The translations under genes were made by a program, and so were the position numbers. From positions 2,368,001-2,432,000 of the forward strand of contig OZ240241.1 of NCBI GenBank assembly GCA_965198115.1: a stretch of 64,000 nt of DNA. Reading direction: 5' to 3'. This DNA comes from Candidatus Latescibacterota bacterium. GTDB taxonomy: Bacteria > Latescibacterota > UBA2968. Positions 21,333-31,886 of the stretch are shown one piece after another (the first letter of the stretch is position 1; every line of letters starts with the position of its first letter). Below the pieces are notes generated by a model that worked only from the letters and a program-made list of their open reading frames with translations, had not been told where the DNA came from and made no database searches.

Positions 21333-21731
21333 ATGCTCGTACTGATCACATACACGGCACGGAGGAAGCAGCTCCCGCAACCGATCACACCGCGGGAGGT
21401 GGCGGAGCGGCTGGTTAACCTCGTAGGCGAAGGCGATCGGCGGAATTACCGCTTCAGGTGGGCGGGTATCCTTGCTCAGTGCTCTACAATCGCCGACGCA
21501 GAGTCCTTGAGGGATCGTTTGAACAGCCTCCGTGCCCAGCTAAGCGCGAATCCTGACGGCTCCAACGGTGCCTTCGACTACGCGATGGTCCTGCTCAAGG
21601 ACAGGTTGGGATGGGACTTCTTCCCTGATCCACTGGATCAACGAAGTGATTGGCCGAATCGTCCGGATCTGACGGATCTGACGGATCTGACGGATCTGAC
21701 GGATCTGACGGATCTTCTACAAAACGGATGA
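21333..21731 (+). CDS. Hypothetical protein ending in a DLT repeat
   Basis: GGAGGAG RBS before ATG 21333; stop overlaps next ATG (ATGA at 21728-21731). Confidence 0.55.
   Translation: MLVLITYTARRKQLPQPITPREVAERLVNLVGEGDRRNYRFRWAGILAQCSTIADAESLRDRLNSLRAQLSANPDGSNGAFDYAMVLLKDRLGWDFFPDPLDQRSDWPNRPDLTDLTDLTDLTDLTDLLQNG
21664..21715. repeat. Perfect 9-bp tandem repeat (CGGATCTGA) x5 plus partial copy
   Basis: Read directly. Confidence 0.95.
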
Positions 21732-23760
21732 GACGAGAAAAAATAACTATCAAGAACCTAAGTGCATGGGTTCATAAATATTATTACGTATGTTCTGAAC
21801 ATTATTTGTAGCTTATGTTCTCCTTCAAAAGGAGGAGAACAATGCCAAGACGTTCGCCTTATGTGGTGCTACTGTCTGAGAAGGAACGGGTCGACCTCGA
21901 GCGAATGGCTGGACAATATACGTTATCGTATTATCAAGTGATCCGATCGAAAATCGTGCTTCTCGCCGCCGAGGGATTATCCAACAAGATTATCGCCCAA
22001 CGGTTGGATGTCCCGCGTCCGATCGTAAGCAAATGGCGTAAGCGCTTTTTCGAAGAGCGTCTTTCGGGACTCGAAGATAGATCTCGTCCCGGGCGCCCGC
22101 CCGGTTTTCCCCCCCTCAGGTGGTCGTTCAGATCAAGGCGCTGGCGTGTGAACTACCGAGCGAGAGCGGGATACCGCTCTCGCGGTTCAGCTGTTCCGAG
22201 ATTGCCGCCGAGGCAGTGCAAAGGGGCTTCGTTGCCAAGATCAGCGGCGCCACTGTCTGGCGCTGGTTGAACGAGGACGCGATTCGTCCTTGGTATCATC
22301 GCTCCTGGATTTTCCCACGGGACCCGGACTTCCAAACCAAAGCAGGTAGAGTCCTTGATCTGTATCACCGCCAATGGCAAGGAAAGCCTTTAGGGCCGAG
22401 GGAATATGTACTTTCTGCCGACGAAAAGACCAGTATTCAAGCACGAGCTCGCAAGCACGTTACCCTACCGCCAGCCTCGAACAGAGCGGCACGCGTTGAA
22501 ACACGAATACGAGCGGAAAGGAGCCCTGGCCTATCTGGCTGTTCTCGACGTGCACAATGGTCGAATCTTCGGTCTCTGTGAGTCTTCTTCGGGTATCGAG
22601 CCCTTCAACCGGCTCCTGAGCCTGATCATGAGCCGGAAACCCTATTGCTCGGCAAAGAAAGTCTACCTCATCGTGGATAATGGCTCCTCGCACCGAGGGC
22701 AAACATGCATCGACCGTATCCAGGGGAAGTGGCCAAACATCCACCCCGTTCACCTTCCGATCCACGCAAGCTGGCTCAATCAGATCGAGATCTACTTCTC
22801 GATCCTCAAACGCAAGGCTCTGACACCTATCGAATTTGCATCGCTCGAAGAGCTTGAGGCAAGAATCCTCGGTTTTCAGGAACGCTACGGACGTATCGCC
22901 ACACCCTTCAAATGGAAGTTCACACGAACAGATCTCGCGGAGATGATCGACAAACTCAGGTTCTACGATACGCCCTTGGCAAAGTCTGCTTAGAATACGT
23001 CACCGTATTTGAGAACAGGAGTACTAAGGACAATCGGCACAACACTTCTAATTCTTGGAGCAATGCTCTTCGACAGTCCGGGCAGGGCGGATGAGTTCGA
23101 TTACCCGGACGAGGAAGAGATCCCGGATCTGTCCGGATCTGGCGGGAAACTCGACAAGAAGGCTGCGGTAAATCTGATCCCGGAACAGAGAGCCCTTGAA
23201 TTCCTCGAGCGCTCGACCATCGCCTATGGCACTCCGGTGGGGCTGGGCGGAGCAGAGAAACTGGTGTTCGAAGCGGAGATCGCCACCCACCTGCACTTTT
23301 TCAGCAACCTTCGTCGCCAGGCGGAGCATGGGGAACCCTTCGCCTGGGGCGCGCTGTTTTCGTTTCTACCCCACCTTCGCATGTACAATACGTCTTCCAA
23401 TCCCGTCAAAATGCCTTCTTACAAGCCTCGCGTAGGTCTTCAGCTCTTCTGGTTCCCAAAGAACAGCAATACTAAATCAGTGAAGTTGCTCGGCGCGATG
23501 CTGGCAGTCGGGCATTATTCGAACGGCCAATCAGGATACACTTATGTCACCGGCGTCCCCGACACGGACCCGATCTGTTGCCGAACGAACAGTCTGGTTG
23601 AGAATCTCGATCTTGCGAAGGAGCTCAATCGTCGGAGTGGAGGTTTTTCCACGAACTACGTAAGTCTGCAAGTCGGTCTGAGGTGGATGATTCTGGACGA
23701 CAACAGAATCCCCCGGCAGTCCGTATCTCTCGTTCTGAGACCGATGTTCCGCCTTAAAAA
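21728..23760 (+). pseudogene. Outer-membrane phospholipase A (OMPLA)-like protein, split by IS630 and 3'-truncated by ISL3
   Basis: MRREKITIKNL|RTIGTTLLILG rejoins in frame across the IS630 CTAAG site; YNTSSNPV..PSYKP and GHYSNGQ resemble the OMPLA HxSNG motif. Confidence 0.65.
21758..23028 (+). mobile_element. IS630-family IS
   Basis: CTAAG at both ends; imperfect IRs (agtgc..gttcataaata..acgta versus agtac..gttctcaaata..acgta); HTH ORF from 21842, TTTTCCCCCC slip site ~22105-22114, SADEK, IVDN, SWLNQIE; extra +1 frameshift ~22500. Confidence 0.92.
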
Positions 23761-25180
23761 GGCTCTATCCGGGTTTCTCAACGGTGAAACTATAGAATGA
23801 CAAGGTCATAGATCGTTCCCTACGCTTGGTTGTGTGTGTAGGACAATCAAAGCGAAGGGGGTGCGACCTATGACCGGGAGCAGATTACTATCGAAACTGC
23901 TGAGATTCAAGGGGTTCCGTGTTGTCAGCTGGTGGTTTGAGGGGAGAAGCTGCTTCGTCATCGCCGTAAAGCCACATAAGAATGGTTGTTGTTGTCCGGA
24001 GTGCGGCCGTCGAGGTAAAATCGTCCGCACAATGCCCCATCCGCGTCGGTGGCGTGACATTCCGGTGTGCGGGTGGAGGGTCTGGCTTCTCTACCATCCT
24101 CGGGAGATTCGGTGTCCTACCCACGGTCGTGTGGTCGAGGAGATTCCGTGGGCGGAGCGGTTCTCTCGGGTGACGTATCGCTTCGAGTATGCCATGCTGC
24201 GCTACTGCCAGACCATGACGCAGAAGGCGGCGTCCGAGTTACTGCGCATCTCTGCCTCGACGCTGTCGGATCTCCTTCACCGATCCATCACGCGGCTTCG
24301 TGAAGGTCATCGTATCCGAGGGCTCAAAACCATCGGGATCGACGAGATCTCCTACGCCAAGCGTCACAGGTACGCCACGCTCGTTTACGATCTGGACCGC
24401 TCCTGCGTGGTGTGGGTTGGCCGCGGCAGGGCGCGTAAAACGATCGATCGGTTCTTCACAGAGGCTCTCAGTCCCTACCGGAGATCCAAGATCGAGTGGG
24501 CCTGCTGCGACATGAGCGAAGCTTACATCGGAGCCATCCAGGAACACTGTCCGAATGCCAAGCTGGTCCTCGATCGCTTTCACATCGTCAAGGCTCTCAA
24601 TGCCGCCGTTGACGAGGTCCGTAAGGACCAGTGGCGTAAAGCTGCCCCGGATGAGCGCAAAGCCATGAAGGGCCTCCGATGGCTCCTCTACCGGCACTCA
24701 GCGACACGCTCCAGAGGGGATACTCGGACACTCAAAGCACTGGAGAAGGCGAACTACCGAATCTATAGAGCCTGGAGACTCAAGGACGAGTTCGAGCAGT
24801 TCTGGGAATACAAAGCGCCCTGGGCTGCCGAACGCTTCCTGAAATGCTGGACGACGTCCGCACTCAGAAGTCGACTTGAACCCCTGCGAAAGTTCGTCAG
24901 GACCCTGCGACAGCACTTCTTCGGCGTCCTCGCATTCGTGAACACGCGTCTTACCAACGCCATCGCCGAAGGCCTCAACCGAATCGTCCAAATCGTCAAG
25001 AACCGAGCCAGCGGATTCCGCACACTCGACGCATTCAACGATATGATCTTCCTTACCGTCGGAGACATAAACATCCCTGAGCAGATTCCGAAGAGGTTCC
25101 GCACACGCTAACCGCGCCCCCATGCCAGGAACCACGGCACCTTCACCCACTTCATCTCGTTGAGAGATCCGGATATAGCC
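23761..25180 (+). mobile_element. ISL3-family IS, copy 2 (transposase 23834-25111), no target duplication
   Basis: Near-identical to copy 1; flanks cttaaaaa and tttttttc do not match. Confidence 0.97.
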
Positions 25181-25447
25181 TTTTTTTCTCCCACACGGAC
25201 TCGAACAGGTCGAACTGACCGGTGTCGGTGCGCGGGTGGTTGACGGCGGGGCGAATCGTTTTGATGGCGACACGCCGCTGATACAGATCCCGGAACAATC
25301 GAATGGCGCTGGTGGTGATGGTCGCGATGTCGACTGTGGGGTGTGGCCAGTGCGTGGTTTTTTGTGTGGTGCGATTGTCCGTGTAAGTCAGCACGCAGGT
25401 GAGGTGATGCGTCTGGACGTTTTCCATTCGCAGGGCGTGACAGATTT
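25181..25447 (-). pseudogene. C-terminal fragment of a Y-family DNA polymerase (DinB-like little finger)
   Basis: ICHALR.ENV....LTCVLTYTD...PT......AIRLF.......IKTI...QFDLF (beta-clamp-type motif). Confidence 0.65.
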
Positions 25448-25756
25448 TACCGTCAGCGCGGATTGCTGCCCCGCCCAGTTCTTGAGTCCGGGATTTAACC
25501 CCCAGTCCCGCCACCAGTCGAGTTCGACGCCGGCGAAGCGGAGTCTGTCCTCTGTCTCTTCAAGAGATGCTTCCGCCAGACGGTCGAGCGCCGCCGAGAG
25601 ATCCGGAGTCACAAAGCGGAATCGATCGTTCGACTCGAACCCGGTCTTTAGTCTCCGGTTTGCGCGCCAGGCGAGATGCGCCAATCCGGCACACGCGAAT
25701 ACTTCTCCGGGATTGCGGGGATCGATGTGCCACTCCATTACGCTCTCACTTTCCAT
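25448..25756 (-). pseudogene. N-terminal fragment of type I-G (I-U) CRISPR large subunit Cas8u2/Csb3
   Basis: IDPRNPGEVFACAGL and LDWW...LKNWAGQQ motifs recalled from this family. Confidence 0.7.
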
Positions 25757-25799
25757 TGCGACTCGACACGTAGGCATCCGCAGCCTTAAGAAGAGCCTC
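25746..25799 (-). pseudogene. cas3: Extreme C-terminus of type I-G Cas3 (HD domain end)
   Basis: EALLKAADAYVSSRNGK*, resembling the LEALLRAADxxAS end of I-G Cas3; overlaps the cas8 start. Confidence 0.55.
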
Positions 25800-25801
25800 T
25801 T

Positions 25802-27086
25802 GGGGTTTGCCACGAAATAAGTGCTGCACTTTTCAAGGTAATGATCTTACGCTCGGAGTGTGGACGTCGAAACTCTCCGAACGAAGTATGAAGCCTTGGC
25901 TCCGGTGCTGACGGAACGCACGCGTCGTCTGTGGGCCGCCACGGAAGCCGAAGCGTTGGGTCACGGTGGGATCGCGATTGTGGCTCTGGCGACAGGAATG
26001 TCCAGAGAGCGGATCTTTCGTGGCATTCAGGAGTTGAGGTCGGACGAACCTTTGGACCCGGCTCGCATCCGGCGTCCAGGCGGCGGTCGTAAGCGGAAGG
26101 CCGACACGGACCCGACGCTGTGGCAGGACCTGAATGATCTGGTCGAGCCAACGACTGCGGGGTCGCCTGACGACAATCCTCTGAGATGGACATCGAAGAG
26201 CACTCGCAAACTGGCCGCCGAGTTGCAAGCGATGGGGCATTCGGTGAGCCCCAGGATCGTTGCCAATCTCCTGCACGAACACGATTACACGCTGCAGGCG
26301 AATCGGAAGACAAGGGAGGGATCTGCACACCCGGATCGGGACGCTCAGTTCGTTTACCTCGATGATCGGATTAGCCAGCAGCAGCAGCAGGGCCTTCCCG
26401 TTATCTCGGTGGACACCAAGAAGAAAGAGTTGATCGGCGACTTCAAGAATCCTGGCCGAGAATGGCGACCCAAGGGAGACCCGGAGCGTGTGAAGGTACA
26501 CGATTTCATAGTGCCTGCTCAGGGCAAGGCGATCCCTTATGGAGTGTATGATCTGAGCCGTGATGAAGGCTGGGTAAGTGTCGGTATCGATCACGACACG
26601 GCCAGCTTCGCCGTGAATGCGATCCGAAGTTGGTGGAAGAACATGGGACGGCCCGCCTACGGCACTTCGACGCATCTGCTAATCACGGCGGACGCAGGCG
26701 GCAGCAACGGCGCCAAGACGCGGCTGTGGAAGTGGGAGCTGCAGCGCTTTGCGAATCGCACTGGCCTGACGATCACCGTATGCCACTACCCTCCTGGCAC
26801 TAGTAAGTGGAACAAGATCGAACATCGCCTGTTCTCCTTCATCGCTATGAACTGGCAAGGCAAGCCCCTGGTCAGCCTGGCTGCAACCGTGAATCTCATT
26901 GCCGGAACGACCACTCAAGCCGGTCTCCGAGTACGCTCCGAGATCGACAAGCGACCCTACCCTAACGGGGTCAAGGTGACCGATGAACAGATGACCCAAA
27001 TCGATCTCACTCCGCACGATTTCCACGGCGACTGGAACTACACGATCCGGCCAATGGCTCAACATTGAGATCGACCGTTTATTTAT
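25802..27086 (+). mobile_element. ISAzo13-family IS (transposase 25860-27068); right IR cut by ISL3 copy 3
   Basis: RIRRPGGGRK, LRWTSKS, ISVDTKKKE, ITADAGGSN, SKWNKIEHRLFS, HGDWNY; IRL ggggtttgccacgaaataag; right end stops at tttatttat. Confidence 0.92.
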
Positions 27087-28303
27087 GGCTATATCCGGAT
27101 CTCTCAACGAGATGAAGTGGGTGAAGGTGCCGTGGTTCCTGGCATGGGGGCGCGGTTAGAGTGTGCGGAACCTCTTCGGAATCTGCTCAGGGATGTTTAT
27201 GTCTCCGACGGTAAGGAAGATCATATCGTTGAATGCGTCGAGTGTGCGGAATCCGCTGGCTCGGTTCTTGACGATTTGGACGATTCGGTTGAGGCCTTCG
27301 GCGATGGCGTTGGTAAGACGCGTGTTCACGAATGCGAGGACGCCGAAGAAGTGCTGTCGCAGGGTCCTGACGAACTTTCGCAGGGGTTCAAGTCGACTTC
27401 TGAGTGCGGACGTCGTCCAGCATTTCAGGAAGCGTTCGGCAGCCCAGGGCGCTTTGTATTCCCAGAACTGCTCGAACTCGTCCTTGAGTCTCCAGGCTCT
27501 ATAGATTCGGTAGTTCGCCTTCTCCAGTGCTTTGAGTGTCCGAGTATCCCCTCTGGAGCGTGTCGCTGAGTGCCGGTAGAGGAGCCATCGGAGGCCCTTC
27601 ATGGCTTTGCGCTCATCCGGGGCAGCTTTACGCCACTGGTCCTTACGGACCTCGTCAACGGCGGCATTGAGAGCCTTGACGATGTGAAAGCGATCGAGGA
27701 CCAGCTTGGCATTCGGACAGTGTTCCTGGATGGCTCCGATGTAAGCTTCGCTCATGTCGCAGCAGGCCCACTCGATCTTGGATCTCTGGTAGGGACTGAG
27801 AGCCTCTGTGAAGAACCGATCGATCGTTTTACGCGCCCTGCCGCGGCCAACCCACACCACGCAGGAGCGGTCCAGATCGTAAACGAGCGTGGCGTACCTG
27901 TGACGCTTGGCGTAGGAGATCTCGTCGATCCCGATGGTTTTGAGCCCTCGGATACGATGACCTTCACGAAGCCGCGTGATGGATCGGTGAAGGAGATCCG
28001 ACAGCGTCGAGGCAGAGATGCGCAGTAACTCGGACGCCGCCTTCTGCGTCATGGTCTGGCAGTAGCGCAGCATGGCATACTCGAAGCGATACGTCACCCG
28101 AGAGAACCGCTCCGCCCACGGAATCTCCTCGACCACACGACCGTGGGTAGGACACCGAATCTCCCGAGGATGGTAGAGAAGCCAGACCCTCCACCCGCAC
28201 ACCGGAATGTCACGCCACCGACGCGGATGGGGCATTGTGCGGACGATTTTACCTCGACGGCCGCACTCCGGACAACAACAACCATTCTTATGTGGCTTTA
28301 CGG
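27087..28303 (-). mobile_element. ISL3-family IS, copy 3, inverted and 5'-truncated (about 200 bp missing)
   Basis: IRR at 27087; identity with copies 1 and 2 ends at ...ggctttacgg 28303. Confidence 0.95.
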
Positions 28304-29013
28304 AGTGGGGCCACGCCCCGGCACACATGCCGGAAGAGCTTCGCCCCTTGTTCCGGCTGGATCATGACAACATTCACTACAAGCCTGGGCGGAAACCGAC
28401 AGACGGCGAGGACAGAGGCGGGACGCTCCACGGCGGCCCTGGCAGCTGGCATATCACGTGTGTGTATGAACTCGAGACGGTCGGACCCAATGACGGGGGC
28501 TTCGGGTGCGTTGTCGGCACACACAAGCCGGCCAATGAGCAGAAACTGCTGGACATCGACGGCGACTGGAAGGCGAACTGGTGCGACACGGAGTGGACGT
28601 CGAAGCTGCCGAACTGGGATGAAGATGTGCCGGTGCACCGCGTCGAGGCCAAGGCCGGGGACTGCATTCTGTTCACTGAGAAGCTCAAACACGGTACGAT
28701 TCCGTGGGCGGGGAGCGACGAGCGCCGCACGCTCTTCTACAAGTACGTTCCTTTCGGCATGCACCACGGCGACGTTGCGTACGACACGAACGACCCCGAA
28801 CTCACCGAGCGACAGAAACGTATCCTGGAGTTCTCGCCGTGCTGGTTTAACGAGCCCCGGGAGGACAAAAACTACTCCGCGAACCCGGCGCTCACAGAGC
28901 TCCATCCGCTGGCGCGTGTGGAGAGCGACCCGAGTGGGTTGCTGCCGGGCATGTCGCCGCCGCGCATCCGGCTGACGGACGAGACCAAGGCGAGGCTGCA
29001 AAGCGCCGGTTGA
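28304..29013 (+). pseudogene. 5'-truncated PhyH-fold protein (HGG motif)
   Basis: FRLDH, TLHGG, DGGFGCVVGTHK, AGDCILFTEKLKHGT, RRTLFYKY. Confidence 0.8.
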
Positions 29014-29111
29014 GACTGAGCCCCCCGGGGATGTATAGTCGGCGAGCGTCGTGACAAACGGTAGATGAACCGGCCGTTATCTGTTCGCCTTCGTCGCCAA
29101 AATTTGACAAT

Positions 29112-29150
29112 GAAAAGCGCCCTTTCGGGAACAACCGAAGGGGCGCTTCT
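29112..29150. terminator. Hairpin, probable intrinsic terminator
   Basis: gaaaagcgccctttcgg-gaacaa-ccgaaggggcgcttct. Confidence 0.55.
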
Positions 29151-29309
29151 GTGCTTGAGAGGACAGAGGTCAGACGACAGCAACAGGCAGACGTCTACGC
29201 ACAGCATGCTTCGGAGTCCAGGAGGATGGTGGCATAGGTGCATCGCAACCCAGGACGCGACCCAGCCTTCGCTCGAACAAGGACGAGCTTCAACCGGTAC
29301 TGCCTTTTC

Positions 29310-31313
29310 CTACCACCCGTGTATCCTGTGCCCCCCATCCGGGAAGAACAGGAGATCGACGAGGGTACCCGTACCGAGTCCGGCAACATACCCCACCACA
29401 AGCCCGAAGAAGAACGGCCTCGCCCGGTTGAACAGATCGATGCCGCCGATCCTCATGATCAGGATTTTGGCAGCCCAGACCAGCAGCATGCTGAACGCGT
29501 AGTATTCCGATCCGTTCGAGTCCTGAAACGCGAGGCCGAGGGGATGCACCGGCCACTAGGGAATCCTGTTGTAGAGGACCATCAGGAGCCCCGCTCCAGC
29601 GATTCCACCTAGCCAAACCGTCGTTCTGCCTGGGTTAAACCCCGTCCGATCCGTGTCGATCACGGCAGAGACCATCCTGTGGTAGGTATCCCGATTGGCC
29701 TTGACAAGCCCGCTCAACCCGAGATTCTGCCCGGCGTGTTCGTAACCGAGGTAGATGATCAACAGACAGGAGCCGATGAACGTCGCTGAAAAAACGAGGA
29801 TCACCGTCCACGGAGTCCAGTGGCGTCTTCGGTCGGACCCGAAAAGCCTCAGGTAGTGAGGCAGGGCAGGCCGGGATGCGTTGCCTGCCGAAAAAGGCGT
29901 AGGAGTTGATCGTGCCCATCCCCACGATCTCTTTAGCGGTCATCCCGCGCGTGCCTCCCAACGACAGAATGACATTCCCTCCCTTCTCGGCGACGGGGAA
30001 CAGATAGGCAAAACCCGTCGCGGCCGTGAACTTGGCCAGCGTAAAGTATGCGATGTACATCAGCCCGAGCTGACAGACCGCCATCCACGGTGTCAGACCC
30101 ATCGCGAGAAAGCAACCCAGCAGATAGAGCGTCACCAACGAAAATCCGAGGAGCGCAACCCGATAAGGCATCACGCCGTTGTCACCGGGACCAGGGACAC
30201 CCGTTCTTGCAGCCTGCCAGACGTGCCGCAGATGGTGCCTGGCAATCCAGACCGACCACACGGCCAGAAACACCATCGCACCGTGCGATTCGAGCATGAT
30301 GAACTCCGATTTCGGTTGCCCGATCGTCGCGTTTGTGGCTGAGGAATAGCCGATCGAAACACCCAGTCGGGCCATCACGCCTTCTTTCAGGATCGCAATC
30401 AACCGGAAGAGCCAGAAACTCAGAAGCATGTCCGAGTTACACAGGTAGGTCAGACCGATGACGGGTGGCATCACGCGCAGGTAGACGGCGGGAACATCCG
30501 CCCAACCGGGAGCCCCTTGAGTTCCACCGTGTCGTAGATCGTGATCCGCGGCAATTCCTGCGTAAAGTAGCCCGCAATGTTCCACGCAATGACCAGGAAG
30601 ACGACGAGGAAACCGGCCTGGAACGCACGGTCCTTGAAAACCGGAGGAATCCGTTCCTTCCCATCGAAGCCCTCGGTCAACGCCAGGGCAAACGTGGACA
30701 GCGGAAACGTCAACCGCTCTGCGTCTTCCCATTGACGCTGGAAGACCACGGACAGACATAGTCCGGCGATCACGAGGGCGATTGAAAACGAGAACCACCA
30801 GTAGAGCGGGGCCAACCACCCTGACCATGGGATGCTGGCCCCCTCGGGCAGACCCTCGTAAAAAGCGACGATGACTTCCTTGGAATCCGTCGGATAGCAC
30901 CACCACGGCATCACATCGAACAACACTTCCTCCCACCGGTTCTCCGCCGATGCGTAGTAGACCGGTGAGCTGATGATGCCGCCCCAGTAGGCGAGCCAGC
31001 CACTCGCGGACATCGTTCCCACGATCCACGACAAGCTGTAGATCACGACCAGCTCCCCACCAGACAGCGCGAGTCGAGGAACGATCAGTCGGAGAATCGT
31101 GTTGATCAGAAGCCACGCCACGAACGGGAGCAGCATCGCCATCGGCAGCTGGGATTTCACCAGCGAAGCACCCCCGATGATCAGCCCGGCGTAGTTGCTG
31201 TAGAGATTCAGCAGGACGCCCGTGGCCACACCGAGGACCACGCCTCGGACCGTCAGCGTGGATCGAGTGCTTTCGGGCTGTGGGTATGGGGATATTTCAG
31301 CTTGCGGAGGCAT
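29310..31313 (-). pseudogene. DUF6785/DUF6784-type polytopic membrane protein, frameshifted, internal TAG at 29556-29558
   Basis: RQWEDAERLTFPL, PVIGLTYL..SFW, P*WPVHPLG, ARPFFFGLVVG; frameshifts ~30480 and ~29870. Confidence 0.75.
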
Positions 31314-31886
31314 CGAGAAGAATCGCGTCTCTCGTGCTAAATGGATGGAATGTCTGGCGTATCACAGCCCAAGATGCGGGGGCGAGAAACGGTGGGCAAG
31401 CCCTCCTCCGCTCGATGGGGCGCGAGCTTCGGCGGGGCAGGCGGGGGTGATGGAGGCGATTACGGGGACTGGAAATGGCAGCGCGGCGACGCTGTCTTTA
31501 GGGGTTCTGCAAAGCAGCCGTCGGCACCCGGCGAGCCGCAATCCCAGATCTCAGTTTTCGAATTCTCAACCGCAGGATGTCTGTGACGAGTGTCGCAGCG
31601 TTCTGGGTTATTCTTGTTGCGTGTCTGTAGATCGCACGATACACTGGAACGGAGCTTGAGATCCCCTTGAATGTGAACGAGTCCACATACTCGACAGCTA
31701 CTTCGTTCTGATTGAGGCTCTGCCGCGTGCTGTCAGCAATGCAGGGGTAACTCCCTCAAGCCGCAAAGCTAGTTCACCGTATCCCCACAATAGTCCCCGT
31801 CCCGAATAAGCACATCACGGGCCCGATGTGCCAAAGCCATCCGCTTCCTGGTGGCGGTCCAGGGCCACGGCTTCGAAGAGGAGTAG

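Noticed and set aside
21664-21715. CRISPR array
   Set aside because: Contiguous 9-bp units with no spacers; no repeat-spacer array seen anywhere in the window despite the cas remnant.
23761-28303. Composite transposon formed by ISL3 copies 2 and 3
   Set aside because: Copy 3 lacks its outer end, and no flanking target duplication exists.
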